Assembly (NCBI GenBank): GCA_964473425.1
Contig: CAYYOU010000002.1
Span: 1-35,969, forward strand
Length of the DNA: 35,969 nucleotides
DNA from: an uncultured Candidatus Izemoplasmatales bacterium
GTDB lineage: Bacteria > Bacillota_I > Bacilli_A > Izemoplasmatales > Izemoplasmataceae
Direction: 5' to 3'
Shown: in pieces, positions 21,434 through 30,135 of the stretch
Layout: every line of letters begins with the position of its first letter
How positions within the stretch are numbered: the stretch's first letter is position 1
Made by a program: the position numbers and the translations under genes
Notes under the pieces: generated by a model
The model's database searches: none
Seen by the model: only the letters and a program-made list of their open reading frames with translations
Told to the model about the DNA's origin: nothing

Positions 21434-22144
21434 TTATTCTTGAGCTTCTACAGCTGTATCTTCGACTTGTTCTTCTTGTACAGGTATGTAGTTTGCTGGA
21501 TCTAAAGGTTCTATTGTGCTAGTTTTAATTCCACGTCTCACTATCACAACACCTTTTTTAGGTCCAGGAACTGAACCCTTTATTAATAATATGTTTCTTT
21601 CTAAATCAACTTTAACAATTTCGAGATTTTGAATAGTTACTGTTTCAACACCCATATGTCCAGGTAAGTTTTTACCTTTTCTTACGTGATTTGGATCAAT
21701 TGATCCCATTGAACCAGGACGTCTATGATAATGAGAACCGTGGCTCATTGGACCTCGATGCTGATTGTGACGTTTAATATTACCTTGGAACCCTTTACCT
21801 TTTGAAGTTCCTGTAACATCAACTAATTCGCCTTCTTCGAATATATTTACCCTAATCTCTTGACCTACTTCGAAATTACTAAGTTCTTTACCAGCAATTT
21901 CTCTTAAGTAGCGCTTAGGCGTTGAATTAGATTTTGCGAAATGTCCAAGTTCTGGTTTGTTCGCTAATTTAACTCTTTTTTCTCTGAAGCCTAACTGCGT
22001 AGCTTCGTAACCATCATTTTCAACTGTTTTCTTTTGTAGAACAACGTTAGGGTCACACATTACAACAGTAACTGGTATTAATACTCCGTTATCGTTAAAT
22101 ATTTGTGTCATTCCTACTTTTGTTCCTAAGATACCTTTGGCCAT
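21434..22144 (-). CDS. rplC: 50S ribosomal protein L3
   Basis: [16 protein letters not shown]...GKGFQG. It has an acidic C-terminal tail. Confidence 0.96.
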   Translation of the reverse strand: MAKGILGTKVGMTQIFNDNGVLIPVTVVMCDPNVVLQKKTVENDGYEATQLGFREKRVKLANKPELGHFAKSNSTPKRYLREIAGKELSNFEVGQEIRVNIFEEGELVDVTGTSKGKGFQGNIKRHNQHRGPMSHGSHYHRRPGSMGSIDPNHVRKGKNLPGHMGVETVTIQNLEIVKVDLERNILLIKGSVPGPKKGVVIVRRGIKTSTIEPLDPANYIPVQEEQVEDTAVEAQE

Positions 22145-22160
22145 GAGTACACCTCCTAAT

Positions 22161-22466
22161 TTATTTTAATACAATATCTACACCAGATGGTAAATCTAGG
22201 TGCATTAAACTGTCGATAGTTGCTGGAGTTGGATCCGCAATATCGATAAGACGTTTATGAGTACGTCTTTCGAATTGTTCACGAGAAGTTTTGTTAACGT
22301 GAACACTTCTTAGAATCGTAAAAATTTCTCTTTCCGTTGGTAACGGGATTGGACCTGAAATCTTAGCCCCTGTTTTCTTAGCTGTTTCTACGATTTTCAT
22401 TGCTGATTGATCTAATAATCTATGATCATAAGATTTCAATCTAATTCTAATTCTTTGACCTGCCAT
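22161..22466 (-). CDS. rpsJ: 30S ribosomal protein S10
   Basis: [17 protein letters not shown]. It is the first gene of the S10 operon. Confidence 0.97.
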   Translation of the reverse strand: MAGQRIRIRLKSYDHRLLDQSAMKIVETAKKTGAKISGPIPLPTEREIFTILRSVHVNKTSREQFERRTHKRLIDIADPTPATIDSLMHLDLPSGVDIVLK

Positions 22467-22596
22467 TATATGTCCTCCTTTCGCCTATATTGATATATAG
22501 ACTTGCTCTGTGTGAATTACCCGACACACTTACCAAGACAACGCCTCTCGGTGTGTCAGCAACCTCCCACTTCGTTGCCTGACTCTGGCGTGAGTC
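22467..22596 (-). promoter_or_regulatory. Structured, GC-rich 5' leader of the S10 (rpsJ) operon; candidate r-protein autoregulatory RNA
   Basis: Lies between the predicted promoter and the rpsJ SD. The minus-strand RNA can form three hairpins: GACUC-ACGCCA-GAGUC (22581-22596), a long interrupted hairpin CUGACACACCGAGA...UCUUGG-UAA-GUGUGUCGG (22521-22559), and CUAUAU-AUCA-AUAUAG (22485-22500) next to the SD. A downstream CACACA (22509-22514) can pair with the same GUGUGU instead. Confidence 0.4.
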
Positions 22597-22602
22597 TTTG
22601 CT

Positions 22603-22631
22603 ATAATATCAAAAATCATGATCTTATGCAA
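22603..22631 (-). promoter_or_regulatory. Sigma-A type promoter of the S10-spc-alpha superoperon
   Basis: The reverse strand reads TTGCAT (22626-22631), a 17-nt spacer, then TATTAT (22603-22608). This is the only good -35/-10 pair upstream of rpsJ. Confidence 0.55.
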
Positions 22632-22809
22632 GTGTTTTATTTAAATATTTTTTTCATTTCTTTCCTTATATTATATGTAGTAAAAATCAGTACACTTTCC
22701 CGCCCAAGTACTGCAATTTAAACAAGTGAACAAAATCAAAATAAATTATCTTTTTTTCAGACAATCAATAAAATATATAAATAATTATGTGAATGTGCTA
22801 TTATGATAA

Positions 22810-22825
22810 TGTAACATCAGTTACA
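22810..22825. promoter_or_regulatory. Crp/Fnr-type palindrome TGTAA-N6-TTACA over the regulator gene's own promoter/5' UTR
   Basis: TGTAACATCAGTTACA is a perfect 6+6 inverted repeat with a 4-nt centre. It sits just downstream of a TGcTATTAT extended -10-like element (22796-22804) and 4 nt upstream of the AAAGGAG SD of the Crp-family gene. Its 5-6-5 geometry matches the TGTGA-N6-TCACA family consensus. Confidence 0.35.
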
Positions 22826-22838
22826 AAAGGAGCATATT

Positions 22839-23456
22839 ATGGAACTAAGAGACTGTGTACTTTTCAAAAATACCAGAGTTGATCTTGAAAGAATTGAAAT
22901 TCGTGAATATCCTAATGATTACACATTTGCTATTGAATCTGAAGAAAGCAAATCAATTGGAATTGTATTAGAAGGCAGAATCCTTATTAAGTGCTACACT
23001 CTAAAGGGAAGTAACTTCACACTAAACTCTATTGAACAAGGACAGATATTTGGTGATATCTTAGTCTTTTCTATTGAGCATAATACATTCCAAGGGTCTT
23101 TAGTTACACAAGGGAAAACTAAAATCGCTTTAGTTCCTAATAATACATTTGAAAAATTTTTGTTTAATGATAACGACCTCCTAAAGAACTTCTTAAGTCT
23201 TTTGAGTGATAAATCATATGCTTTAAATTACAAGAATAGATTGCTTAGCCAAGACTCAGTAAGAGATAAAATATTGTTTTATCTTCATCATCAAAAGAGA
23301 ATTCAAAAAAGTAGTGTTATCAAATTAAACATGACAAAAGAAGAGCTAGCAAATCAACTATTTGTTCAGAGACCATCGCTTAGTAGAGAGCTTGCTAAGA
23401 TGAAAAAGGACAAATTAATTGATTATGATAGATACACAATTACTTTAAAAAAATAA
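22839..23456 (+). CDS. Crp/Fnr-family transcriptional regulator (ArcR-like; no Fe-S cysteine cluster)
   Basis: 205 aa. N-terminal cNMP-binding beta-roll (IGIVLEGRILIK...GQIFGD) and C-terminal HTH (TKEELANQLFVQRPSLSRELAKMKKDKLI). Only two Cys residues, so it is not an Fnr-type O2 sensor. It lies next to the arc genes. Confidence 0.85.
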   Translation: MELRDCVLFKNTRVDLERIEIREYPNDYTFAIESEESKSIGIVLEGRILIKCYTLKGSNFTLNSIEQGQIFGDILVFSIEHNTFQGSLVTQGKTKIALVPNNTFEKFLFNDNDLLKNFLSLLSDKSYALNYKNRLLSQDSVRDKILFYLHHQKRIQKSSVIKLNMTKEELANQLFVQRPSLSRELAKMKKDKLIDYDRYTITLKK

Positions 23457-23482
23457 AGGTTAGTTCAAATGAACTAACCTTT
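23455..23482. terminator. Bidirectional rho-independent terminator between the convergent Crp-family gene and arcC
   Basis: Perfect 12-bp stem AAAGGTTAGTTC / GAACTAACCTTT with an AAAT loop. It follows an A-run and precedes TTATTATT. It overlaps the arcC stop codon. Confidence 0.75.
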
Positions 23483-24397
23483 TATTATTGTCCCAGCTTC
23501 TAAATTGAATGCTTTCTCAGCATTGTCTAAAGATGCAATTACAGATATTTTTTTGTTTTTAGCAAAAGCTATAGAAGCTTTTATCTTAGGCAACATTGAA
23601 CCTTCAGCAAATTGTTTTTCTTCTATTAATGCATTTAGTCTTTCTATAGATACTTCTTCAAGTGCTTCTGCATTTGGTTTCCCAAAATTAATAAATACAT
23701 TATCAACTGCAGTTAGGATCACTAGTATATCTGCATTGACAAGTTCTGCTAGTTTTGCTGATGCATTATCTTTATCAATAACAGCAGCAATTCCTTCTAA
23801 AGAATGTCCCTTTACTACTACTGGAATACCTCCACCACCAACAGTTATAACAACATGGTGATTATCAAGTAGTGAGTTTATAATCTCTTTTTCTTTTACA
23901 TCTATTGGCATTGGACTTGGAACTACTCTCCTATACCCTCTACCAGAGTCTTCAACCATTGTATAACCCATTGATTGTTCTAATTCAATTGATTGTTCAT
24001 GAGTATAAAAATCACCTATTGGTTTTGTAGGATGATTAAACGCGGTATCATTTTCATCTACGATTACTTGAGTAACTATTGAGGCAATTGATTTTTTAAT
24101 TCCTAGTCTTGATAATTCGTTTCCTATAGCGTTTTGAAGATGATAACCGATGTAACCTTGGCTCATAGCTCCACATTCTGGAAATGGCATAGCAGGAGTA
24201 GAAGAAGATTCTAAAAATGCTAGATTAATCATTCCTACTTGTGGCCCGTTTCCGTGAGCTATAACAGCTTCATGGCCTTGTTTAATCAACTCAACTATGT
24301 GAGTTGATACTTGTTTCAGTAATTCTCTTTGTCGCTCTGGAGTTTTTCCAAGAGCGTTTCCACCAAGGCTTACAACATATCTACTCATATGAGTCAC
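23474..24397 (-). CDS. arcC: Carbamate kinase
   Basis: [19 protein letters not shown] and [12 protein letters not shown] motifs. The track start is GTG at 24397. The ATG at 24388 ([12 protein letters not shown]) is an equally plausible start. It overlaps the arcB 3' end. Confidence 0.93.
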   Translation of the reverse strand: MTHMSRYVVSLGGNALGKTPERQRELLKQVSTHIVELIKQGHEAVIAHGNGPQVGMINLAFLESSSTPAMPFPECGAMSQGYIGYHLQNAIGNELSRLGIKKSIASIVTQVIVDENDTAFNHPTKPIGDFYTHEQSIELEQSMGYTMVEDSGRGYRRVVPSPMPIDVKEKEIINSLLDNHHVVITVGGGGIPVVVKGHSLEGIAAVIDKDNASAKLAELVNADILVILTAVDNVFINFGKPNAEALEEVSIERLNALIEEKQFAEGSMLPKIKASIAFAKNKKISVIASLDNAEKAFNLEAGTIIKG

Positions 24398-25400
24398 TTA
24401 ATGTAGCAAGCATAACAGCTTTAATAGTGTGCATTCTGTTCTCAGCTTCTTGGAAAACTACTGATTGATTAGATTCAATAACCTCATCAGTTACTTCAAA
24501 TTCACCATTTTTTACACGTGGATATTTTGTTCCGAACTCTTTACTCATTGCTGCACCAACATCTGTGTCTTTATCATGAAATGCAGGTAGACAATGCATA
24601 AATATTGAAGAGGATTTTGCATTATTCATAAGTTCCATATCCACTTGATAATCACTTAGTTGTGTTAAACGAGTGTTCCAAACTTCTTTAGGTTCACCCA
24701 TTGATACCCAAACATCTGTATAAATAACATCAGCATCTTTTGTTCCTTTAAACTTATTATCAGTAAAATTGATTTTTGATCCTGATTCTTTTGCAATTTC
24801 AAGACAAACATCTATCAATTTTTGATCTGGCCATAATTCTTTTGGAGCAACCCCTGTGAAGTTTAACCCAAGTTTTGCAGAACCAATCATTAAACTATTA
24901 CCCATATTATTTCTACAGTCACCAACGAAAGTAAAGTTGATACCTTTTAAGTGCCCTAATTTCTCTTTAATCGTTAAGAAGTCAGCAAGAATTTGAGTTG
25001 GATGATATTCATCAGTAAGTCCATTCCATACTGGAACTCCTGAATAAGTTCCAAGAGATTCAACGTCTTTTTGCTTGTACCCTCTAAACTCAATTCCATC
25101 ATACATTCTTCCAAGAACTCTGGCAGTATCTTTGACAGATTCTTTTTTATTCATTTGTGATCCATTAGGACCTAAGAAAGTAACTCCCATACCTAAATCT
25201 AGAGCTCCTACTTCAAAAGCACAACGTGTTCTTGTAGAGTCTTTTTGAAACAAAAGCACAACATTTTTGTCAGATAAATGTTTATGTGGTACTCCTTCAT
25301 ATTTTTCTTTTTTAAGTCTTGCTGATAAATCAATTAAATGGTTGATTTCAGCAGGTGTAAAATCTAATAATGTAATGAAATTTCTGTTTTTTAAATTCAT
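24381..25400 (-). CDS. arcB: Ornithine carbamoyltransferase (catabolic by context)
   Basis: STRTR, HPTQ and HCLP motifs. It sits between arcA and arcC, with an AGGAGG SD in the 14-nt gap after arcA. Confidence 0.93.
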   Translation of the reverse strand: MNLKNRNFITLLDFTPAEINHLIDLSARLKKEKYEGVPHKHLSDKNVVLLFQKDSTRTRCAFEVGALDLGMGVTFLGPNGSQMNKKESVKDTARVLGRMYDGIEFRGYKQKDVESLGTYSGVPVWNGLTDEYHPTQILADFLTIKEKLGHLKGINFTFVGDCRNNMGNSLMIGSAKLGLNFTGVAPKELWPDQKLIDVCLEIAKESGSKINFTDNKFKGTKDADVIYTDVWVSMGEPKEVWNTRLTQLSDYQVDMELMNNAKSSSIFMHCLPAFHDKDTDVGAAMSKEFGTKYPRVKNGEFEVTDEVIESNQSVVFQEAENRMHTIKAVMLATLSDSYE

Positions 25401-25414
25401 GTGTTCCTCCTAGA

Positions 25415-26629
25415 TTAAATGTTTTCTCTTTCTAAAGGCATGCTCATACAACGAGGTCCACCTCTACCACGGGATAATTCACTTGAAGGAATCTCAAGTA
25501 CTTTTATTCCCTGTTTTCTTAGTATTTCATTTGTCACATGGTTGCGTGAATATACTATTACAGTACCTGGAGCGATTGCCAAAGTGTTTGCACCATCGTT
25601 CCATTGTTCTCGGCCGCTAGTGATTTTATCACTACCACCACAGTTAATTAGCTTGATTGGACGTTTTAGATGTTTTTCTAATATATCTTCAAGTTTTGAA
25701 ACAACTTTTGTAACTTTGATTTCCCCTGAATTATTTGTTAACTCAAAAACAGTAAGGTCTTTCATAATTCCTGGGTGTATTGTGAATACTCCATAGTCTA
25801 TTTGAGTGAACACTGTATCTAGATGCATAAAAGCTCTTGTCTTTGGAATGTTGAAAGCTAGTATTGTTCTAAATGACGAGTTTTCACTAAATAATCTGTC
25901 TGCAAATTTTTCTATCGCTCTTGGATCAGTTCTTTTTGAAATCCCGATTGCTATTGTCGAGTCATTCAAAATAAGAAAATCTCCACCCTCAGAATGATAA
26001 CGATTATTTCTGTCTATATAGAATGGAATTTCTTCGTTTTCAAATAATGGATGGTACTTAAACATATACTCACTAAAGATTGTTTCTCTTTGTCTTGTAT
26101 CAGTAAGCATGTTGTTTATTGCAACTCCATTACCTATACTTGAAAATGGATCTCTTTGAAATAGAATATTAGGCATTGGATCTGTAAAGAATGGATACTC
26201 ATCTTCTAGTAAATCCATAATGGAAATCCTGTTTTTTACATGAACATCCTTGGTCCTAATTCCTTCAATCATTTTTTCTACTAAATCTTCATCACTCATC
26301 CCATATAGATAATCATAAATGGTCGATTTTACCGATTTAGAGCTTATATGAGACTCTTCGATAAACTGATTGATAAAATTAGATTTGATCTCCGGATGAT
26401 TATCTAATGCCTCAACAACCATTTCTTTAATGTACAATACTTTTGCTCCATTTTCTCTTAATATTCTAGCGAATTCATCATGTTCTTCCTGGGCAACTTT
26501 TAAATATGGAATATCATCAAAAAGTAGTCTCTCGAGTAAATCTGGAGTTAAGTTTTCTAGTTCTTTCCCTGGTCTATGAAGAAGAACAGTTTTTAACTTT
26601 CCTATTTCAGAATACACGTTAACTTTCAT
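25415..26629 (-). CDS. arcA: Arginine deiminase
   Basis: 404 aa. N-terminus VYSEIGKLKTVLLHRPGKELENLTP and the C-terminal catalytic Cys in GGPRCMSMPL. Only 14 nt (containing GAGGAG) separate it from the upstream alr gene. Confidence 0.95.
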   Translation of the reverse strand: MKVNVYSEIGKLKTVLLHRPGKELENLTPDLLERLLFDDIPYLKVAQEEHDEFARILRENGAKVLYIKEMVVEALDNHPEIKSNFINQFIEESHISSKSVKSTIYDYLYGMSDEDLVEKMIEGIRTKDVHVKNRISIMDLLEDEYPFFTDPMPNILFQRDPFSSIGNGVAINNMLTDTRQRETIFSEYMFKYHPLFENEEIPFYIDRNNRYHSEGGDFLILNDSTIAIGISKRTDPRAIEKFADRLFSENSSFRTILAFNIPKTRAFMHLDTVFTQIDYGVFTIHPGIMKDLTVFELTNNSGEIKVTKVVSKLEDILEKHLKRPIKLINCGGSDKITSGREQWNDGANTLAIAPGTVIVYSRNHVTNEILRKQGIKVLEIPSSELSRGRGGPRCMSMPLERENI

Positions 26630-26643
26630 AAATTCACTCCTCT

Positions 26644-27735
26644 CTATTTAATATAAATTTTGGGTACTCTATATGTGATTTGACATATAATTTCATAATT
26701 AATTGTGCTCAATCTATTTGCAACTTCGTCAATTGATATTAGACTTCCAAATAAGATTACTGCATCAGTTTTTGATATGCTTTTATCAATCTTTATAAAC
26801 ATCTGACCCATACATATTCTTCCTACTATCTTATACCTTTTATTGTTTATTTCTACATCTCCACCTTGATTTTGTCTAATGAATCCATCTGCATAACCAA
26901 TAGGCAAAACCCCAATTATTTCCTTATCTGTAGCGGTATATGCTGCTCCATATCCTACTTTATCTCCCGGTTCTAAATGTTTGATTTCTGAAATATGAGA
27001 AATTAAACGGTATGTATTTAACAAGAATTTAGTTTCAGAATCTAAGGTTAATCCATATAGACTAATCCCTAACCTTGTATGAGTAGTAAAAGTTATATCA
27101 GGCTCATATTTAATTGCTGAACTTGAATTTGAAGCATGTACCATTTTAAAATCAAAATTTAAAAGGTCATAAATATACTTAAATCTTCGTAATTGCATTC
27201 TATAATACTCTTCATTTGAATCAGCAGTTGAAAAGTGTGTGTAGATTCCTTCTAAAACAACTGAAGAACTGGAATTTAGTGCATTAAATGCTAGAAGAAT
27301 ATCTTTCTCGGATTTAAATCCAAGTCTATTCATCCCTGTATCAATCTTAATATGAACTTTAAGAGAATTATTTAGTTCAGAAATCTTCTCTAATTGATCT
27401 GTATTGCTGATAGTTAATGTAATATTCTTTTTAGCAGCAATATCGAAATGTTTTCTTTCAATAACTCCCATGACTAAAATTTTTACATTTTTAAAGGATT
27501 CCCTGATTTGAAGTGCCTCTTCAAAAAGAGAAACAGCAAAGTAGTCAATATTTCGATCAACTAAATAACTTACCACTTCAATAACTCCATGTCCATAAGC
27601 GTTAGCTTTGACAACAGGAATTACTTTTTTTCCTTTTGACAAATTTTCGATATTTTTATAGTTTTCATAAAGATTTGATAGGTTTATTTCTGCATAAGTC
27701 TGTCTGTATGTATTATTCATAGAATTTAGTAACAT
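26644..27735 (-). CDS. alr: Alanine racemase (fold-type III PLP enzyme)
   Basis: Has the PLP-lysine motif VVKANAYGHG and PIGYADGF, at about 360 aa. The start could be ATG at 27735 or 27720, and both overlap the orr 3' end. Confidence 0.88.
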   Translation of the reverse strand: MLLNSMNNTYRQTYAEINLSNLYENYKNIENLSKGKKVIPVVKANAYGHGVIEVVSYLVDRNIDYFAVSLFEEALQIRESFKNVKILVMGVIERKHFDIAAKKNITLTISNTDQLEKISELNNSLKVHIKIDTGMNRLGFKSEKDILLAFNALNSSSSVVLEGIYTHFSTADSNEEYYRMQLRRFKYIYDLLNFDFKMVHASNSSSAIKYEPDITFTTHTRLGISLYGLTLDSETKFLLNTYRLISHISEIKHLEPGDKVGYGAAYTATDKEIIGVLPIGYADGFIRQNQGGDVEINNKRYKIVGRICMGQMFIKIDKSISKTDAVILFGSLISIDEVANRLSTINYEIICQITYRVPKIYIK

Positions 27736-28774
27736 ATTTTGACGTCATTAGACTAAGGATTGAAGAATAAGTCAATTTGAACAACATTGTGTCCCCTACC
27801 TCGTAAATATCTTGTGAATCGCTTATATCTACAATAATATGATCGCTGCTAGACCCTATCAAAACAACAGTATCATACGGGATTAATTCTATATGATCAA
27901 CATCTTGTTTACCTATAGAAAGTATCGCTCTTAGCATAGTACCCTTATCTACAAATTTTGGTGTTTTACCAAAAGCATTCATTCCAACTTCACCAATTGG
28001 TACACTAGGCTTTTCTTTGATTTCTATAATTTCAGCCTCTAGAGTAAAAACATCAGCGTAAGTATTATCTAAGTAATTTCCATAAGCAGTTTCTCGTCCT
28101 AATACAATAGATTCTCCTAGTCTAAGATTATTTATCTCTTTAGGCATTTTTTCCTTAAGAAGAAGTTCAATATTGCTTGAGTTGCCTCCTGAAATAATCT
28201 CCAATTTAATTTCAAACTCTTTTTCAATTAATTTTTTAAAATAAACAAGTTTTTCGAGGTTCTCATTTGATGGAATTATACCACCATAACAAGTAAGATT
28301 TGTTCCAATTCCCGTCAATTTTATGTTTTTTAATTTCAAGACTTTTCTTACGGTCTCAATTATTTCCTTTTCATCGAATATACCTTCTCTTAAGTCTCCA
28401 AGGTCAATCATAAGAATAACCCCATGAATCACGTCCAATTCATTTGCGTATTTATCAAGGTATTTGATTGTAGAGAACTCTGAATTAAGTGAAATATCAG
28501 AATGTTGAACGATATTTTTTGCATCTCCAATAGATGGTAATCTCAGCATAACTTTAGGAATAACAGATGACATACCCATTAAATTTTCCACTCTTGAGTC
28601 AGCGATATAATCAGCATTCTCTTCGATTATGATATTCAGCAACTCTTGGTCAGCACAAAAAACTTTTGATACTGCCATAACTGAAATATCTCTATCATGA
28701 CAAATATTAAGTAAATGTTTAAGGTTATGTCTGAATTTTTCTTTGTTAATAATAATTCTTGGATACATAAGCAT
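27713..28774 (-). CDS. orr: Ornithine racemase (alanine-racemase-N-domain family)
   Basis: About 353 aa, with MYPRIIINKEKF..., MIDLGDLREG, GGNSS and LGRETAYG. Its family and its position right after oraE and the mutL-like gene match the described ornithine fermentation cluster. The ATG at 28774 overlaps the upstream TGA as TGATG. The track start is GTG at 28777. Confidence 0.8.
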   Translation of the reverse strand: MLMYPRIIINKEKFRHNLKHLLNICHDRDISVMAVSKVFCADQELLNIIIEENADYIADSRVENLMGMSSVIPKVMLRLPSIGDAKNIVQHSDISLNSEFSTIKYLDKYANELDVIHGVILMIDLGDLREGIFDEKEIIETVRKVLKLKNIKLTGIGTNLTCYGGIIPSNENLEKLVYFKKLIEKEFEIKLEIISGGNSSNIELLLKEKMPKEINNLRLGESIVLGRETAYGNYLDNTYADVFTLEAEIIEIKEKPSVPIGEVGMNAFGKTPKFVDKGTMLRAILSIGKQDVDHIELIPYDTVVLIGSSSDHIIVDISDSQDIYEVGDTMLFKLTYSSILSLMTSKYVTKFYE

Positions 28775-30135
28775 CACTCAATTCTTAATGATTTCTTTAA
28801 CAACGAAATTGCGATTTCAGGGTATTTTAATGATAGAACTCCCACTGATGCAAAAATGTAGTCATTATCACGTAATATCTTAACATTTTTCCTTGGAAGT
28901 AGTTTTGTTCGGTTTTTTGAGATATAGTCAAATATAATCTGTTCAGTATTCTCTAAATTTATTAATGCTCCACCTGTTAATAGAATATATTCAACTTGAG
29001 TTAAATCTTTTCCATCTGGAATAATTTTTAGTCCTGATGATGTGTACACTTTTTTCAAATCTCCAACATGTCTGTCAAGTCCGATTTCAGCACATTTTTT
29101 AGTTAGCTCAAAAACAAATTTCTTTTCTAACAATGTCTCTGGAATATATGAATAGTCTTCCAATAATGTGTTAAATTCTTCTATGGTAATAGATAATTTT
29201 GACAAAAGTTCATCTTTCTTGAATAAATTCATTACATTTTTATGATTGATAAATAAACCTAAATCTCCTTCAACTGTGCGTTTAGAAAGCGGTTCACCGT
29301 CTTGAAATTCGATAAAATCATCACTCGGAATTGAAACTGAGTGAATATCAGTTGTAGCTCCGCCTATGTCAATCGTGATAATATTACCTAGTTTTTCTCT
29401 TAATATCATTGTCGATTCCATTACACTACCCGGAGTAGGCATAATATTTTGATTCACCATATCAAAAATATTATTCATACCATTCGCATGAATTATATTT
29501 TCTTCGAATGTTTCATAAATTACTCTTCTTAATGGAAGAATATTTAAATAATCTACTCGAGGATATACATTTTCTACAATTTTCAGATATTTGCTTTTTT
29601 TTCTATTTTTAAATAAATCTGAAATTTCCTCCTGGTTTTCAATATTTCCTGCATAGATTATTGGAATATCTAGGTTAAGGTTCAAAACTTCTTTGATATT
29701 AAATAGTGCAGTTTCCTTTTCGCCATAATCTGTTCCACCTGCAACAAGAATGATATTAGGATTAATTTCCTTTATTTTTTTAAGATCTCTCTCTTCAATT
29801 TTGTTTGCAGTTACTAAATGGATATTTGCTCCAGCATTCAAAGCAGCTTCTTTAGATGCACGAACTGTCATTTCATAAACAAGTCCGTGAACTGTCATTC
29901 TTAATCCTCCTGCAGCACTACTAGATGCAAACATCTCACTGTATTCAATACTATCTACTCCTAAAAAACTAGAAAGTTCTTCAATCGCAGATTGAAGTCC
30001 TTTAGTCACATCAGTATTCACTGTTGTATTAGAGACTCCTCTTCCTAAAAATACAGGATCTTGATTATGGATATTAAAGGCATTAACGATAGTTGTAGTA
30101 GAACCAATCTCTGCAACTAATACATCAATTTTCAT
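28774..30135 (-). CDS. Glutamate mutase MutL-like ASKHA ATPase; putative reactivase/chaperone for D-ornithine aminomutase
   Basis: 453 aa. Actin-fold phosphate motifs VAEIGSTTT and IDIGGATTD. ATGA overlap with the oraE stop. Confidence 0.75.
   Translation of the reverse strand: MKIDVLVAEIGSTTTIVNAFNIHNQDPVFLGRGVSNTTVNTDVTKGLQSAIEELSSFLGVDSIEYSEMFASSSAAGGLRMTVHGLVYEMTVRASKEAALNAGANIHLVTANKIEERDLKKIKEINPNIILVAGGTDYGEKETALFNIKEVLNLNLDIPIIYAGNIENQEEISDLFKNRKKSKYLKIVENVYPRVDYLNILPLRRVIYETFEENIIHANGMNNIFDMVNQNIMPTPGSVMESTMILREKLGNIITIDIGGATTDIHSVSIPSDDFIEFQDGEPLSKRTVEGDLGLFINHKNVMNLFKKDELLSKLSITIEEFNTLLEDYSYIPETLLEKKFVFELTKKCAEIGLDRHVGDLKKVYTSSGLKIIPDGKDLTQVEYILLTGGALINLENTEQIIFDYISKNRTKLLPRKNVKILRDNDYIFASVGVLSLKYPEIAISLLKKSLRIE

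Noticed and set aside
8533-22466. Plus-strand ORFs in the track antisense to ribosomal and housekeeping genes (e.g. 9191-9421, 9484-9666, 13645-13986, 14307-14513, 15244-15432, 17093-17422, 17795-18013, 17943-18131, 18742-18987, 19160-19399)
   Set aside because: All lie fully within, and antisense to, confidently identified conserved genes. They lack SDs and encode low-complexity peptides. They are typical shadow ORFs.
22688-22713. Inverted repeat CAGTAC-N14-GTACTG in the rpsJ-crp intergenic region
   Set aside because: It is a short 6-bp stem with a large loop and no U-tract or adjacent promoter logic. The evidence is insufficient.
22503-22721. 72-aa plus-strand ORF in the rpsJ-crp intergenic region
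   Set aside because: It has no SD and an odd composition. It lies antisense to the predicted S10 promoter and leader. Its open frame is better explained by the GC-rich leader sequence having few stop codons.
26671-26688. Inverted repeat ATATGT-GATTTG-ACATAT (contains a TGTGA half-site) inside the 3' end of alr, about 45 nt upstream of arcA; considered as an ArcR box or internal arc promoter
   Set aside because: It has only 6-bp AT-rich arms inside coding DNA, which is expected by chance many times in 36 kb. Its register differs from the 22810 palindrome. The right half does not match TCACA, and the associated -35 is poor. It is worth testing only if an internal TSS is found.
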